The notes below the pieces were generated by a model. It worked only from the letters and a program-made list of their open reading frames with translations. It was not told the origin of the DNA and did no database searches. Positions 63,652-64,000 of a stretch of DNA of 64,000 nucleotides are shown piece after piece (the first letter of the stretch is position 1; every line of letters begins with the position of its first letter). The position numbers and the translations under genes were made by a program. Source of the stretch: Podarcis bocagei (Eukaryota); the NCBI GenBank assembly GCA_964188305.1, contig OZ076902.1, one strand, 5' to 3'.

Positions 63652-64000
63652 TACTATCTGAAGAGAGCACACAGACCTCAATCCACAGAAGACTCTGAAG
63701 TCCAGAGTCTAAAAATTTCCTAAGTGCACCGCTGCCACGATGACGTGGGCCGTTGAAGTTACATTACCTTAAAAACAAAAACAAATGATTCTCTCCAAAC
63801 CAGGAAAAGGCAGCCGATTATAGCTCCACAGTTGCCCCCACACCTTGCCCCGTTTTAGGGGTGGGTGGAGTGGAAGGGGCAAGGCTCCAGTTTGCTTCCG
63901 GGGAAAGAGAAAGAAAGGGAAAGTACTGCAAAGGTTGTCAGCCCAGGAAGACAAATGCAAAGTGGTTATCTGCTTCCTGCTTCCTCCTGCTAACAGAAGT

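Overview
Eukaryotic (squamate, probably lacertid lizard, judging by the Sauria/Squam SINE families) genomic window with two convergent genes. On + are the last 24 coding exons of the H3K36 methyltransferase ASH1L (1260-36825: AT-hook region, AWS-SET-postSET, bromodomain, PHD, BAH) plus a long 3'UTR. On - are 9 coding exons of RUSC1 (RUN and SH3 domain protein; about 62010 to 42641). All exon boundaries were read by hand and the splice phases are consistent. Introns are dense with SINEs, CR1/L2/L1/RTE-X-like LINE fragments, Tc1/pogo-type and hAT-type MITEs, and microsatellites. Top observations: (1) a Penelope-like retroelement remnant in a RUSC1 intron forms a 410-bp-arm inverted repeat, and each arm carries a minimal hammerhead ribozyme motif; (2) a LINE is inserted exactly at a RUSC1 splice acceptor, its target-site duplication copies the acceptor, and the native acceptor now leads into a premature stop; (3) ASH1L has a GC-AG intron; (4) a RUSC1 alternative 5' exon has its only nearby ATG one base out of frame across a C10 run; (5) an intergenic ~87-bp-arm hairpin lies between the two 3' ends. 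Family and orthologue assignments come from recalled sequences and motifs, not from database searches.
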